A stretch of 64,000 nucleotides of DNA from Acidilobaceae archaeon (GCA_038897215.1 JAWAWX010000001.1:32001-96000), one strand, 5' to 3'. Positions 40,116 through 50,583 are shown, numbered from the stretch's first letter. Notes: generated by a model not told the origin, from the sequence alone. Numbers and translations: made by a program.

Positions 40116-40823
40116 CTACGCTACTCCAGGCTGGCTCCTGCAGGCTTCTCGCGCTAGGTCGGAGCTACTCCTAAGGCCTCCCGAGAAGCTCTCTCTAACG
40201 GGGTACCGTAGGACTTCTGGGCGGTAGCCTAGTCTCCTCGACGCTTCTAGAGCCAGCTCCTCTTCGTCGAAAGCCTGGTCTGGGCCTAGGAGTATCACGT
40301 GCGGCCTTATGTCTTCAACTGGTTTGAGCATGTCTCTCTCATCGCCTAAGACTGCTCTATACACGTACCTGATAGACGCCACTATCTTCAGCCTAGACTC
40401 CTCGTCTAGAACAGGTCTCCTGCCCTTCAGCCTGACTACTGTGGAGTCTCTAGCCACTATCGCGTAGACCTTCCCTAGAGTAGACGCGTACCTCAACAGC
40501 TCCACGTGCCCCGGGTGGATCAAGTCGAAGGTGCCGCCGACGACTACTCTCCTCTCCTCGCTAGACACGGATGGCCAGCGGGGCTCCAGGACTCCCAGGT
40601 ACTTCAGCGCGTCGAGAAGCCCCTCAGCGTAGGACGCGGCCGCTAGAGCTGTCTCGTGGTCTCCCAGGTCTAGATAGTACTGAGCGTCTCTCACGTACCT
40701 CTCTACAGCATCCAGTAATCTCTCGAGGTCTGCTTTGCCGAGAGTTCTCCCAGCCGCTTCGCTCAGCTCTAGAGTCTTGAGTGCTTCTAGCACATTGCGG
40801 ATATACTTCTCGGCTCTCCTCAA
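40116..40823 (-). CDS. DUF357 + cytidylyltransferase (FAD synthase RibL-like) fusion
   Basis: YVRDAQYY..ASYAEGLLDA (DUF357), then GGTFDLIHPGH and LGPDQ. Confidence 0.85.
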   Translation of the reverse strand: MRRAEKYIRNVLEALKTLELSEAAGRTLGKADLERLLDAVERYVRDAQYYLDLGDHETALAAASYAEGLLDALKYLGVLEPRWPSVSSEERRVVVGGTFDLIHPGHVELLRYASTLGKVYAIVARDSTVVRLKGRRPVLDEESRLKIVASIRYVYRAVLGDERDMLKPVEDIRPHVILLGPDQAFDEEELALEASRRLGYRPEVLRYPVRESFSGGLRSSSDLAREACRSQPGVA

Positions 40824-40901
40824 AGCCCTACCCCGCTTCCCCGCAGGCTAGGATAAGGATTAAACTCTTTGAGCACGCTCTCCTCCCAGGGACCTCCCGC
40901 T

Positions 40902-42734
40902 TTGTGCGGCATCATCGGGGTAGTGCTGAGAGACGATAGCTCCGGGCTCTACATAGCGAGAGGGTTGAGGAGGCTAGAGTATAGAGGGTACGATAGCGTT
41001 GGCGTCGCTATAGTCACGCGAAGCGGGGAGGTCCTGGTGAGCAAGCAGAGAGGAGACGTCGACTCGTTCCTCTCCATACACAAGATAGAAGAGATTAGAG
41101 GAAGCACCGGCATAGGCCACACCAGGTGGGCTACTCACGGCGAGCCTTCAGACGTCAACGCGCACCCGCATAGCGACTGCAAGAGAGAGGTCTTCATTGT
41201 CCACAACGGAGTGCTGAGGAACTACGCTGAGCTCCGAGAAGAGCTAGCTAGCAGAGGCCACGTGCTCGAGAGCGAGACAGACACAGAGCTGATAGCTCAC
41301 GTGATAGAAGAAGAGCTCGAGAACTCCGAGACCTTCCTCGAGGCTCTAGCTAGAGCTCTCACGAGGATAGACGGGACGTATGCTCTAGCCATGATATACT
41401 CTAGAGAACCCGATAGAGTGTACTTCGCCAAGAAGGGTAGCCCTCTCGTGCTAGGGCTCTCGAAGAGAGGTAACCTGGTAGCCAGCGATATACCAGCTCT
41501 CCTAGAGTTCACTCGCGAGATAGTAGTCTTAGAGGATGGAGAGCTAGGGTGGATCACCAGAGACGGCTACAAGGTCTTCAGGCTCGAGAACAGCTCTGGG
41601 CGAGTAGCGCTACGCCCCGTCTCTAAGAGCGTCATGCTGGTAGAGTGGTCTCTAGAGGAGGCTGAGAGAGGAGGCTATCCCCACTTCATGCTGAAGGAGA
41701 TCTACGAGCAGCCGCACGCTTTACGCTCTACGTTCGAGGGTCTAGTAGACGACTCGAAGACTCTAGTAGTCTCGGAGATGATAGCTACAGCTAAGAAGAC
41801 TCTAATCGTCGGAGCTGGGAGTAGCTTCAACGCAGGGCTGGTCCTAGCCTACTATCTAGCTAAGCTAGCCCGAGTCCCTGCCTTCACGGTAATATCCTCA
41901 GAGTACAGGATGCTCGAAGAGCTAGTCGACGAGGACACAGTAGTAGTCGCCATAAGCCAGAGCGGCGAGACCTATGATACTCTCGTTGCTGTTAGAGAGT
42001 ACAAGAGGCTTGGAGCCAAGATCGTGGGTGTCACCAACGTAGCCGGCTCGGCTCTATACAGAGAGTCGGACTTAGTAGTGTTGATGCGAGCAGGTCCCGA
42101 GATAGGCGTAGCAGCGACCAAGACGTACCTATCCCAAGTGCTCGTCGGGGAGATAGTCGCCGTCAAGACTAGTAGAATCCTAGGGAGACTCAGGCAGTCC
42201 GAGGAGCGAGACTATCTCGGTCTCTTGAGCTTAGCGCCATCGATAACCGAGAAGTCTGTAAGAGTATCCTGGGAGAAAGCGGACCCAGCACTCCTAGCTG
42301 AAGCTAGGAGCGCCTACATCCTGGGGAGAGGCTTAGGCGGGCTCTTGGCTAGAGAGGCTGCTCTCAAGATCAAGGAGATATCCTATATACACGCTGAAGC
42401 TTACCCAGCGGGGGAGAGCAAGCACGGACCCATAGCTCTAGTAGACCCGGGATTCCCCGTCTTCTTCATAGCTTCGAGCGACGCTGAAGAGCTGGGGGGC
42501 AACGTGGCTGAGATGGCTGCTCGCGGAGCTAGAGTGGTAGTAGTCAAGCCCGAGAATCTAGGCCTCAGTCTAGCGAGAAGCCTCGTAGTCAACATGCCCG
42601 AAGCTTTGAGTATACTGCTCGAGCCCTACTCGCTAACCCCCTTCTTCCAGATGCTAGCCTACAAGACAGCGGTCTCTAGAGGGTACAACCCGGACAAGCC
42701 GAGAAACCTGGCTAAAACCGTGACCGTAGAGTAA
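40902..42734 (+). CDS. glmS: glutamine--fructose-6-phosphate transaminase
   Basis: TTG-TGC start gives (M)CGIIG; LEYRGYDS, GHTRWATHG, HNG, SQSGET, PRNLAKTVTVE. Confidence 0.96.
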   Translation: MCGIIGVVLRDDSSGLYIARGLRRLEYRGYDSVGVAIVTRSGEVLVSKQRGDVDSFLSIHKIEEIRGSTGIGHTRWATHGEPSDVNAHPHSDCKREVFIVHNGVLRNYAELREELASRGHVLESETDTELIAHVIEEELENSETFLEALARALTRIDGTYALAMIYSREPDRVYFAKKGSPLVLGLSKRGNLVASDIPALLEFTREIVVLEDGELGWITRDGYKVFRLENSSGRVALRPVSKSVMLVEWSLEEAERGGYPHFMLKEIYEQPHALRSTFEGLVDDSKTLVVSEMIATAKKTLIVGAGSSFNAGLVLAYYLAKLARVPAFTVISSEYRMLEELVDEDTVVVAISQSGETYDTLVAVREYKRLGAKIVGVTNVAGSALYRESDLVVLMRAGPEIGVAATKTYLSQVLVGEIVAVKTSRILGRLRQSEERDYLGLLSLAPSITEKSVRVSWEKADPALLAEARSAYILGRGLGGLLAREAALKIKEISYIHAEAYPAGESKHGPIALVDPGFPVFFIASSDAEELGGNVAEMAARGARVVVVKPENLGLSLARSLVVNMPEALSILLEPYSLTPFFQMLAYKTAVSRGYNPDKPRNLAKTVTVE

Positions 42735-42751
42735 AGGAGGCATAGCTCGCC

Positions 42752-42818
42752 TCAGCGCTTTGGCCCCACATCACCTCTCAGACAGCCCTCACTAACGAGG
42801 GCTCTCTCTCCTCATCAG
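42752..42818 (-). ncRNA. C/D-box sRNA, predicted guide for tRNA-Gln(UUG) U34
   Basis: C CTGATGA, D' CTGA, C' GTGATGT, 12-nt guide GGGGCCAAAGCG, D CTGA; intergenic. Confidence 0.8.
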
Positions 42819-42845
42819 CTAGCGCTAAGCCGGAGCCCGCTCTCT

Positions 42846-43088
42846 CTAGGTCTTCCTCAGTCTTATAATTCTCTCGTCTTTGGTGCTCAGCTGGACAACG
42901 ATATAGCCCTCTCTCTCGAGCACGATCAAGGCTCTAGACAGGTCGGAGAAGGAGACCTCTATTCCCTCCTTCTCGCTAAGGTAAGACTTTAGGGTCGACT
43001 CGAGAACCACTCCTTCGCTCCCCGCTAGCTTCTTGATAGCCTCTAGGATTACGTGGACGAGAGGCTGCCTAGTCCAGAGACTCGACAC
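42846..43088 (-). CDS. small winged-helix protein
   Basis: DLSRALIVLEREGYIVV; downstream of cdc48. Confidence 0.75.
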   Translation of the reverse strand: MSSLWTRQPLVHVILEAIKKLAGSEGVVLESTLKSYLSEKEGIEVSFSDLSRALIVLEREGYIVVQLSTKDERIIRLRKT

Positions 43089-43112
43089 GCGCTAGACGCC
43101 CCCGCGGCAGTG

Positions 43113-45347
43113 CTAGTAGACCATCCTGATCTCCGAGACTGCTCTCTCCCTAGCGCGAGCCTTGATCTGCCTGGCTGTCTCAAGCCACCTCATGTAGAAC
43201 TCCATCATCTGCTTGGTTATGCTCGGCTTGACCTTCTCTAGAGCTATCTCGAAGTGCCTCCTCTCGACTATGGGCTTCTCGACGTTCTCCTTGAGTGCTA
43301 GTAGAGACGCTTCTCTCACTAGAGCAGCTAGGTCTGCTCCCGAGTAGCCTTCGGTTAGCCTAGCTATCTCTCTAAGGTCTACGTCTGGAGCTAGAGGCAC
43401 GTTGCGAGTGTGTATAGCCAGGATCTCCAGCCTGCTGTGCTCGTCGGGCGGCGGGACGAAGATTATCTTCTCGAATCTACCCGGTCTGAGTAGAGCTGGG
43501 TCGAGCATATCTGGTCTATTGGTGGCAGCTAAGACCACTACGCCTTCTAGGTCGGCTATGCCATCCATCTCTGTGAGTAGCTGGCTCACGATCCTCTCTA
43601 TGACGTAGCTACCGCCCACATCGGCTCCTCTAACGTGAGCTATAGCGTCTATCTCATCGAAGAAGATCACTGCAGGAGCGTGAAGCCTAGCTTTCCTGAA
43701 GATCTCCCTTATCCTCTGCTCGCTCTCACCAACCCACTTGCTCAACACCTCAGGCCCTCTCACAGCTATGAAGTTCGCATTGCTCTCAGTCGCTACAGCC
43801 TTAGCTAGAAGAGTCTTGCCGGTGCCGGGTGGGCCGACTAGGAGAACCCCCTTTGGTAGCTTTACTCCAGCCTTCACGAATATATCGGGGTGCTTGAACT
43901 GCCACTCTACTATCATCCGGAGCTCTTGCTTAACCTCCTCTAGCCCCCCTACGTCGCTCCACCTGACCTCGGGGATCTCTATCTGCACTTCTCTCAGACC
44001 GCTTGGAGTAATGCTCTTCAACGCACTCAAGAAGTCCTCCATCCTCACAACGATCTTGTCTAGGACTTCTGGCGGTATGACCTCCTGGTCTAGGTCTATC
44101 TCCGGCAGGTATCTCCTGAGAGCATTCATGGCTGCTTCTCTAGCTAGAGCTGCCAGGTCTGCTCCAGTATATCCCTTCGTCACCTCGGCTATCTTCTCTA
44201 AGTCTACGTCTTCTGCTAGCGGCATGTGTCTCGTGTGTATCTGCAGTATCTCCAGCCTCCCCTGCTTATCTGGTAGCGGGACCTCGATCTCTCTGTCGAA
44301 CCTGCCCGGTCTTCTCAGAGCGGGGTCCACGGCGTTGGGTCTGTTTGTCGCGGCTATCACTATGACTTGGCCTCTCTCAGTGAGTCCATCCATGAGGGCT
44401 AGAAGCTGAGCCACTACTCTCCTCTCGACTTCTCCGATCACCTCTTCTCTCTTAGGGGCTATAGCGTCTATCTCGTCTATGAATATTATAGCTGGAGCGT
44501 TCTTCTTAGCCTCCTCGAATATCTCTCTAAGCCTCTGCTCGCTCTCACCATAGAACTTGCTCATGATCTCGGGGCCGTTGATAGCTATGAAGTGCGCGTC
44601 TGTCTCGTTCGCTACAGCCTTGGCTAGAAGAGTCTTCCCGGTGCCCGGTGGGCCGTAGAGGAGTATGCCCTTGGGTGGCTCTATGCCGAGCCTCTTGAAG
44701 AGTTCAGGGTGCCTCAGGGGGAGCTCTACGAGCTCTCTTATCCTCTCTATGATGCGCGAGAGCCCTCCTATATCCTCGTAGGTGACTCTAGGAATAGCTC
44801 TGCCTTGTTGAGCTGGCTGTTCTAGAATGTCTACTATGGTGTTCTCCGTGATCACGACTGCTCCTCTAGGCTTAGTGTAGACTACCTGGAACTGTATCCC
44901 CTGAACGGCTATCGATACCACGACTATGTCTCCCTCGAGAACGGGAGTCCCTACGAGCTTCTTCTTGACCTGCTCTTTCACACCAGCGTCAGCCTTTATG
45001 AACACGAGTGGAGCGAGCTTTACTCTCAACGCGGGCTTGACGACAGCCTTCCTCACTATAACCTTATCCCCCTTGCTGATACCGCATAGCTTGCGCAGAA
45101 TACCATCCATCCTAATAACATCGAGCCCAGCGTCTTCAGGAAGAGCGGGCCAAACTGTAGCCACAGTCTTCTTCTTATTCTTGCCCTCGATTTCTACAAA
45201 GTCTCCTGGCGATACCCCCAGTTCTCTCATGATATCTACGTCTATCCTTACTCTCTTCCTACCAGTATCCTTGGGCTTCGCTTCAATAACGCGTAGCGTG
45301 ACCTCTCCGACTCCTCCCCCAGTCTCGCTTCTCTCAGTCTCGCTCAA
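43113..45347 (-). CDS. cdc48: CDC48/VCP family AAA ATPase
   Basis: N domain plus two AAA modules ([19 protein letters not shown]); C-terminal MVY. Confidence 0.97.
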   Translation of the reverse strand: MSETERSETGGGVGEVTLRVIEAKPKDTGRKRVRIDVDIMRELGVSPGDFVEIEGKNKKKTVATVWPALPEDAGLDVIRMDGILRKLCGISKGDKVIVRKAVVKPALRVKLAPLVFIKADAGVKEQVKKKLVGTPVLEGDIVVVSIAVQGIQFQVVYTKPRGAVVITENTIVDILEQPAQQGRAIPRVTYEDIGGLSRIIERIRELVELPLRHPELFKRLGIEPPKGILLYGPPGTGKTLLAKAVANETDAHFIAINGPEIMSKFYGESEQRLREIFEEAKKNAPAIIFIDEIDAIAPKREEVIGEVERRVVAQLLALMDGLTERGQVIVIAATNRPNAVDPALRRPGRFDREIEVPLPDKQGRLEILQIHTRHMPLAEDVDLEKIAEVTKGYTGADLAALAREAAMNALRRYLPEIDLDQEVIPPEVLDKIVVRMEDFLSALKSITPSGLREVQIEIPEVRWSDVGGLEEVKQELRMIVEWQFKHPDIFVKAGVKLPKGVLLVGPPGTGKTLLAKAVATESNANFIAVRGPEVLSKWVGESEQRIREIFRKARLHAPAVIFFDEIDAIAHVRGADVGGSYVIERIVSQLLTEMDGIADLEGVVVLAATNRPDMLDPALLRPGRFEKIIFVPPPDEHSRLEILAIHTRNVPLAPDVDLREIARLTEGYSGADLAALVREASLLALKENVEKPIVERRHFEIALEKVKPSITKQMMEFYMRWLETARQIKARARERAVSEIRMVY

Positions 45348-45656
45348 GGTAGCTCCTTAGTAGATACTCGCGACACTTGGAAGTTATAAGCCTAAACCTC
45401 TTGCCGCAGATAGCTCTCTCCGCGCTCTGCTCCCTCATAAGCGATAGCCTAGTCTGGATTCATGAGTCTCAGCTTACGCCAGCCTCCACGACTTCGCGTT
45501 AGCCCACCTGGCTACTACTTGCGGAGTCTAGTCCTTTGATGCGAGAGGAGGATGCTCGTGACCTCCGCGTGAAGTGGCTAGTAGCTACGGCGAACCGCGG
45601 AGCAGAGGCTCAACTTGCTCTAGGCTGACTCAGAGAGACCTAGAGCGGGGAAACGG

Positions 45657-45708
45657 TCGGTATTGCAGTAGCTCTTCACTACTCCGGCTGCCCATCGCTC
45701 CTCATCCC
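45657..45708 (-). ncRNA. candidate C/D-box sRNA
   Basis: GGGATGA-15nt-CGGA-GTA-GTGAAGA-12nt-CCGA; AT-rich box about 25 nt upstream. Confidence 0.45.
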
Positions 45709-45771
45709 GTACTAGCATCTAGAACTCAGAGCCTTAATATTCGGGCTTGTCTCGCTGTTAGAGCTGAGGGA

Positions 45772-46962
45772 GTGCTGTTGGAGAAGAAGGGGGAGCGAGC
45801 GAGCCCTGAGGCTAGGTTGCTTGCTTCAGTAGTCCATGAGATCTTCAGGCATAGAGTATCGATTGACGTAGCCTTCAAGAGAGTCTGCCGGGGAGCTTGC
45901 GCTAGCGGTCTTGAGGAAAGAGAGAGGCTGTATAGCCTAGCGTGGAGCTTCGTCAGAGACTACAACGCTCTACTCTGCCTGACAGGCTATAGGGGTAAGC
46001 CGAGCAAGCTGGCAGAGCTCTGGCTCTCGATGGGGGGTTCTTTGAGCGAGAACGCTCTAAGCGAGCCTCACTGCAGAGCCTCAGTCAAGAAGTGGTTCTT
46101 CGATAGAATAGCGTCTCTAGTGGGGGCTGAGGAGGCTCTGAGACTCTTCCAGGCTATGGGGAGACGCGTGTGGTGGCTTAGAGTGAATCTCTTCAAGGCG
46201 AGCGTTGAGAGAGTGCTATCGCAACTCGAGAAGGAGAGAGTAGACTTCGAGGTGAGCAAGCACTACCCCTACATGGTGAAAGTCTTGAGGTCACCGAAGC
46301 CCGTGAGGCTACTCAAGCCCGTCAGGCTCTTTGAAGCCATACCTCAAGACATAGCCTCTGTAGTCGTCGTAGAGGAGCTGAAGCCAGAGCCCGGCGACGT
46401 GATCCTAGATGCTTGCGCAGCTCCTGGAGTGAAGACTTCGCTGATCTCGATGCTAACAGAGGGCAAAGCGAAGATCATAGCGATAGACTTGAGCTACAAG
46501 AGGATCCAGGCTATGCGCAGCCTCCTCAGAAAACTGGGAGTCCCCGAGGGCTCAGTGGAGATTCGCCACGGAGACTCTAGGAGAGTCCGAGTGGAGGGAG
46601 TGACTAAGGCTCTAGTCGACGCTCCCTGCTCTAATTCGGGAGCTCTCTCGAAAGACCCCGGCCTTAGGCTAACCATAACCCAGGGCAAGGTCCTGTACTA
46701 CTCTAGGATACAGTACGAGATTCTCAGCAACGTGTTAAGCCAGGTGAGCGACGTGGTGTACTCAGTGTGCTCCATAATGCCCGAAGAGGGGGAGTCTGTA
46801 GTCGAGAGAGTGCTCGAGAGGATAGAGGTCGGCCTGAAGCCCCCCAGCTCTCCTCTATGTAGAGAAGGGTACCCGTCTGCTTACAGCTCTAGAGTCTGCA
46901 GGCTCTACCCTCACCTAGCAGACTCCGAGGGCTTCTTCGTAGCTCACTTCACAGCCAACTAG
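45772..46962 (+). CDS. RsmB/NOP2/NSUN family RNA m5C methyltransferase
   Basis: QDIAS, DACAAPGVKT, VDAPCSNSG, YSVCS..EEGE, GFFVA. Confidence 0.93.
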   Translation: MLLEKKGERASPEARLLASVVHEIFRHRVSIDVAFKRVCRGACASGLEERERLYSLAWSFVRDYNALLCLTGYRGKPSKLAELWLSMGGSLSENALSEPHCRASVKKWFFDRIASLVGAEEALRLFQAMGRRVWWLRVNLFKASVERVLSQLEKERVDFEVSKHYPYMVKVLRSPKPVRLLKPVRLFEAIPQDIASVVVVEELKPEPGDVILDACAAPGVKTSLISMLTEGKAKIIAIDLSYKRIQAMRSLLRKLGVPEGSVEIRHGDSRRVRVEGVTKALVDAPCSNSGALSKDPGLRLTITQGKVLYYSRIQYEILSNVLSQVSDVVYSVCSIMPEEGESVVERVLERIEVGLKPPSSPLCREGYPSAYSSRVCRLYPHLADSEGFFVAHFTAN

Positions 46963-46964
46963 CT

Positions 46965-47936
46965 CTAGCCGGGCCCCGGAGTAACCGATATGACTAGAGC
47001 CTGTGGGAGCTCCCTCGGGAGAGGCCACATGACTAGAATCTCTACGCTCAAGACGTCTCGCTTAACGACTTCAGGCTTGCTAGAGGAGAACCCCATTAGT
47101 AGCTCTAAGAGAGAAGGCTCTTTCCTGATCTTCACCACGGGAGCGTCCTCAGGGAGCTCTGCTAGCTCTCTAGCTATCCTCACAGCGTCCTCGAGAGTGC
47201 CCACGTAGTCCACTAAGCCCAGCTTCTTAGCCTCATAGCCTGAGTAGACTCCAGCTCTCATGACCTCTCTCCAGTCTGTTATCCTGTCTCCTCTATGCTT
47301 CTCTACTAACGACACAAAGTAGTCGGCAACATCTCGAATAATGCGCGACAAGAGCTCCACGTCCTCGCTCTCTATCTCCTTGAATGGTGACGCGAAGTCT
47401 TTGAGATCACCGCTGACAACGACTTCAGCATCTATCCCCAACTTGTCCAGAAGCTCCTTGTAGCTCACGAGAATGCCGATGGCTCCAACAGACCCGACTA
47501 TCGCTGTAGGGTGTGCTACTATGGCGTGCGATGGGAGAGAGATCAGGTAGCCTCCCGAGGCCCCGAGGCCGGTTATGTAGACGACAACCACTCTCTCCTC
47601 GTAGAGCTTTCTCAGTATCTCGTACACCTCGAAAGCAGCAGCAGTTCCACCAGGGCTGTTGACCACTATCACAACAGCTCTAGCTCTAGGGTCGGATAGC
47701 ACCCGCTCAACGAGAGTCTCGACGCTATGCGGGGTTATCACAGGCCCCGAGAAGAGCCCCCCGTAACTGTAGTCTATGGCCCCGCTGAGTTCCACCACAG
47801 CCACGTAGTCCTCACGCAGATCGATAGCAGTTAGGCTCACAAGCAGAGCGACCAGAGCTCCAGTTGCAGCCAGCAAGACGGCTAGCAGGATCAGAGCAGC
47901 CAGCAAGAGCCTCCAGCTATTAGAGGCTCCGAGCAA
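46965..47936 (-). CDS. sppA: signal peptide peptidase SppA (S49)
   Basis: NSPGG, ASGGY, VGSVG, GLVD. Confidence 0.93.
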   Translation of the reverse strand: MLGASNSWRLLLAALILLAVLLAATGALVALLVSLTAIDLREDYVAVVELSGAIDYSYGGLFSGPVITPHSVETLVERVLSDPRARAVVIVVNSPGGTAAAFEVYEILRKLYEERVVVVYITGLGASGGYLISLPSHAIVAHPTAIVGSVGAIGILVSYKELLDKLGIDAEVVVSGDLKDFASPFKEIESEDVELLSRIIRDVADYFVSLVEKHRGDRITDWREVMRAGVYSGYEAKKLGLVDYVGTLEDAVRIARELAELPEDAPVVKIRKEPSLLELLMGFSSSKPEVVKRDVLSVEILVMWPLPRELPQALVISVTPGPG

Positions 47937-48063
47937 CGAGCAACCACCTCTCTAGCACTTTCTACCGAGAGAGCGTATTATTCTTAAGCCAGCCGAACTC
48001 CCAGACTAAGTGCCCATACGCTAATAAAACCCCGTATCAACGACTAGGTAGCTGGAGCTCTGC

Positions 48064-48141
48064 GGCCCGGGTAGCTCAGCTGGATAGAGCGCCGGGCTGT
48101 GGACCCGGAGGTCCCGGGTTCAAATCCCGGCCCGGGCCCCA
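48064..48141 (+). tRNA. tRNA-His(GTG), G-1 and CCA encoded
   Basis: G-1 plus GCCCGGG stem; CCGGG-CTGTGGA-CCCGG anticodon arm; C73-CCA. Confidence 0.97.
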
Positions 48142-48307
48142 CAGCCACTTTACTCTCTACACTTAGCGCTTTACTAGCGGCGAGCAAGCAGTAGAGGAGA
48201 GTGTTTGAGCTGATATCGTGCAAGGTTTTCCCCGAGAAATCATAACAAAACCTATATCGGAGCCGGATTTCGAGGCAGACACGGGAGCTAGGGAGGCTGT
48301 AGCCGGC

Positions 48308-49549
48308 GTGGAGCTCTTGAGGATTCTCAGCTTGTATAGCGGTCTCCACGACTACGCTAGTGTTGAGAGCTTTATCTCAAGCTTTGAGAGTGCTTTGAAA
48401 GAGTCGGGTCTCACGGGCTACTACCTGGGCGCGTTCACTGCTCTTCAAGAGTCTCTCAGAGCTAGAAATGCTGTAGTCTTCGTGGCTACTGGAGGGACAT
48501 CGGGTCTAGGCTACAGGCTTCTACGCGATGTGGAGAACGTCTATGTGGTTTACCACGAGGAGCACAACTCTCTCGCTTCAGCTCTCAATCTAGCCTCTAT
48601 GCTCAAACATGATGGTAAGCGAGTGAGAATGCTTAGCATGGAGGCTTTCTCAGGCGTAGCGCTCAAGCTGTCTAGAGCTCTAGCCGGCCTAGAGAGAGTC
48701 TACGGCGGCAAGATTCTCGTAGTAGGCTCTCTCCAGCACTGGTCTCAGCAGGTAGGAGTCTCCAGCTATCTCAAGAAGCATTTCGGTGTAGAGCTAGAGC
48801 TAGTAGAGCTAGAGGCTTTACTGAAAGAGGCGGCAGAAGTCAGTCTAGAGGATAGCGAGGCTCACGCTAGAGAGCTTGTAGCGAGAGCTGAGGAGGTCAG
48901 AGTAGGCTTCCAAGACGTGGTCTACGCTACCTCCATATACCTAGCTCTCAAGAAGATCGCTGAGTCTAGGAGAGCCAGCAACGTGGCTCTAAGGTGCTTC
49001 GATTTACTGAAAGCGCTTGGGCGCACTGGCTGCATAGCGGTAGCAGAACTCATAAGAGAAGGGATCATAGCCGGTTGCGAGGCAGACGTGGCGGCAACAG
49101 TGGTAATGCGAGTACTCAGAGAGATAGCGGGAAGAGACCCCTGGGTCGCCAACGTTTCCGGTCTTTGGGATAGAGAGCTGGAGCTCTCTCACTGCGTGAT
49201 ATCTAGGAGCATCACTAAGTCCTACAGGCTGGTGACGCACTTCGAGTCAGGCAAAGCTACATCGATAGAAGGCATAGTCGAGGAAGGGCTCCCCGCAACC
49301 ATAGTTTCATACGACCCCCCAAGGTCGCTATGGAGAGTGATAGAAGCGCGGGTCACGAGAGGGTCGCCAGCGAGCAGTAGAAAGTGTAGAACTCAAGTCA
49401 GGCTCCAGACATCGCCTCAGGCGATCAAAGAGATCCTAGAGGACCCCATCGAGGGCCACTACGTCGCGGTATTCTCGAACGTAGTCGAGGAGGCTTCATT
49501 AGCGGGAGAGCTAGCCGGTCTTAACGTGCAGACTTTAAAGATGACGTGA
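48308..49549 (+). CDS. L-fucose/L-arabinose isomerase-like protein
   Basis: TGGT, NSLASA, RCFDL, GCEAD, HC, THFES, CRTQ, GHY. Confidence 0.8.
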   Translation: MELLRILSLYSGLHDYASVESFISSFESALKESGLTGYYLGAFTALQESLRARNAVVFVATGGTSGLGYRLLRDVENVYVVYHEEHNSLASALNLASMLKHDGKRVRMLSMEAFSGVALKLSRALAGLERVYGGKILVVGSLQHWSQQVGVSSYLKKHFGVELELVELEALLKEAAEVSLEDSEAHARELVARAEEVRVGFQDVVYATSIYLALKKIAESRRASNVALRCFDLLKALGRTGCIAVAELIREGIIAGCEADVAATVVMRVLREIAGRDPWVANVSGLWDRELELSHCVISRSITKSYRLVTHFESGKATSIEGIVEEGLPATIVSYDPPRSLWRVIEARVTRGSPASSRKCRTQVRLQTSPQAIKEILEDPIEGHYVAVFSNVVEEASLAGELAGLNVQTLKMT

Positions 49550-49642
49550 GCACAGTATATAAGCTCTAGCTCGCTGCCTCTAGAGCATCCAGCACTCCGC
49601 TAATAAAAGCCTCTCAAGCAAAGCTCGAATCAGGGCGCGGGA

Positions 49643-50572
49643 TTGAGCCTTCTCCAGACCGTTATCAGAGAGGCCTCAGAGATTCTTATCGAGAGAGAGT
49701 ATGAGACGAAATGTATGCTCGCTTCTCTGCTAGCTAGAGGGCACGTTCTCCTAGAAGGCGTCCCGGGCGTGGCGAAGACCTTGACGGCTAAGGTTGTAGC
49801 TGGGCTTCTCGGCCTTGATTTCAGGAGAGTCCAGATGACGCCAGACCTCCTTCCCAGCGATATAATAGGAGGCCACGTCTACGACCAGAAAACCGGGGAG
49901 TTTAAGCTCAGGCTCGGACCCATATTCACCAACGTTCTCCTAGTAGACGAGATAAATAGAGCGTCTCCGAGAACTCAGTCAGCTCTACTCGAGGCAATGC
50001 AGGAGAGGCAGGTCACAATAGAGGGGGTCACAGTACCGCTCCCCGAGCCCTTCATCGTCATAGCGACTCAGAACCCCATAGAGTTCGAGGGGGTATTCCC
50101 TCTCCCCGAGGCTCAGCTAGACAGATTCATGGCTAGAGTCCAGGTAGGCTACCCTACGAGCAGGGGGTTTATTGATATGTTGAGGAGGATAGAGGAGATA
50201 GAGGAGAGAGCTAGGAGGATAAAGCCCGTCATGGACAAGGAGGCGATACTAGAGGAGATCAGCAGAGCGTCGTCCGTTAGAGTAGACGACTCCATACTAG
50301 AATACATAGCCCGGCTCGTGGAGGAGAGCCGCAAGCACCCCGCGGTAAAGCTAGGAGGATCTCCTAGAGCCGGCATAGCGATACTGAGGCTCGCCAAGGC
50401 GTGGGCTCACATAGAGGGTAGGAGCTACGTGATACCCGACGACGTCAAGGCGGTAGCCTACCCAGCTCTCTCTCACAGGCTCATACTGAAGCCCGAGTAC
50501 GAGCTAGAGGGCGTTCAGCCAGAAGCAGTCGTCAAAGAGCTTCTAGCGAAAGTACCCGTCCCTAGACCCTGA
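49643..50572 (+). CDS. moxR: MoxR family AAA ATPase
   Basis: GHVLLEGVPGVAKT, TPDLLPSD, DEINRA, LPEAQLDRF. Confidence 0.95.
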   Translation: MSLLQTVIREASEILIEREYETKCMLASLLARGHVLLEGVPGVAKTLTAKVVAGLLGLDFRRVQMTPDLLPSDIIGGHVYDQKTGEFKLRLGPIFTNVLLVDEINRASPRTQSALLEAMQERQVTIEGVTVPLPEPFIVIATQNPIEFEGVFPLPEAQLDRFMARVQVGYPTSRGFIDMLRRIEEIEERARRIKPVMDKEAILEEISRASSVRVDDSILEYIARLVEESRKHPAVKLGGSPRAGIAILRLAKAWAHIEGRSYVIPDDVKAVAYPALSHRLILKPEYELEGVQPEAVVKELLAKVPVPRP

Positions 50573-50583
50573 GGTGTAGCGAT

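Noticed and set aside
43402-45360. Long plus-strand ORFs opposite cdc48, and similar antisense ORFs elsewhere
   Set aside because: Antisense shadows of conserved genes, with no motifs.
45360-45770. RNase P RNA in the cdc48-rsmB gap
   Set aside because: No GAGGAAA(G/C)UCC or ACAGAA..CUUA P4 elements on either strand.
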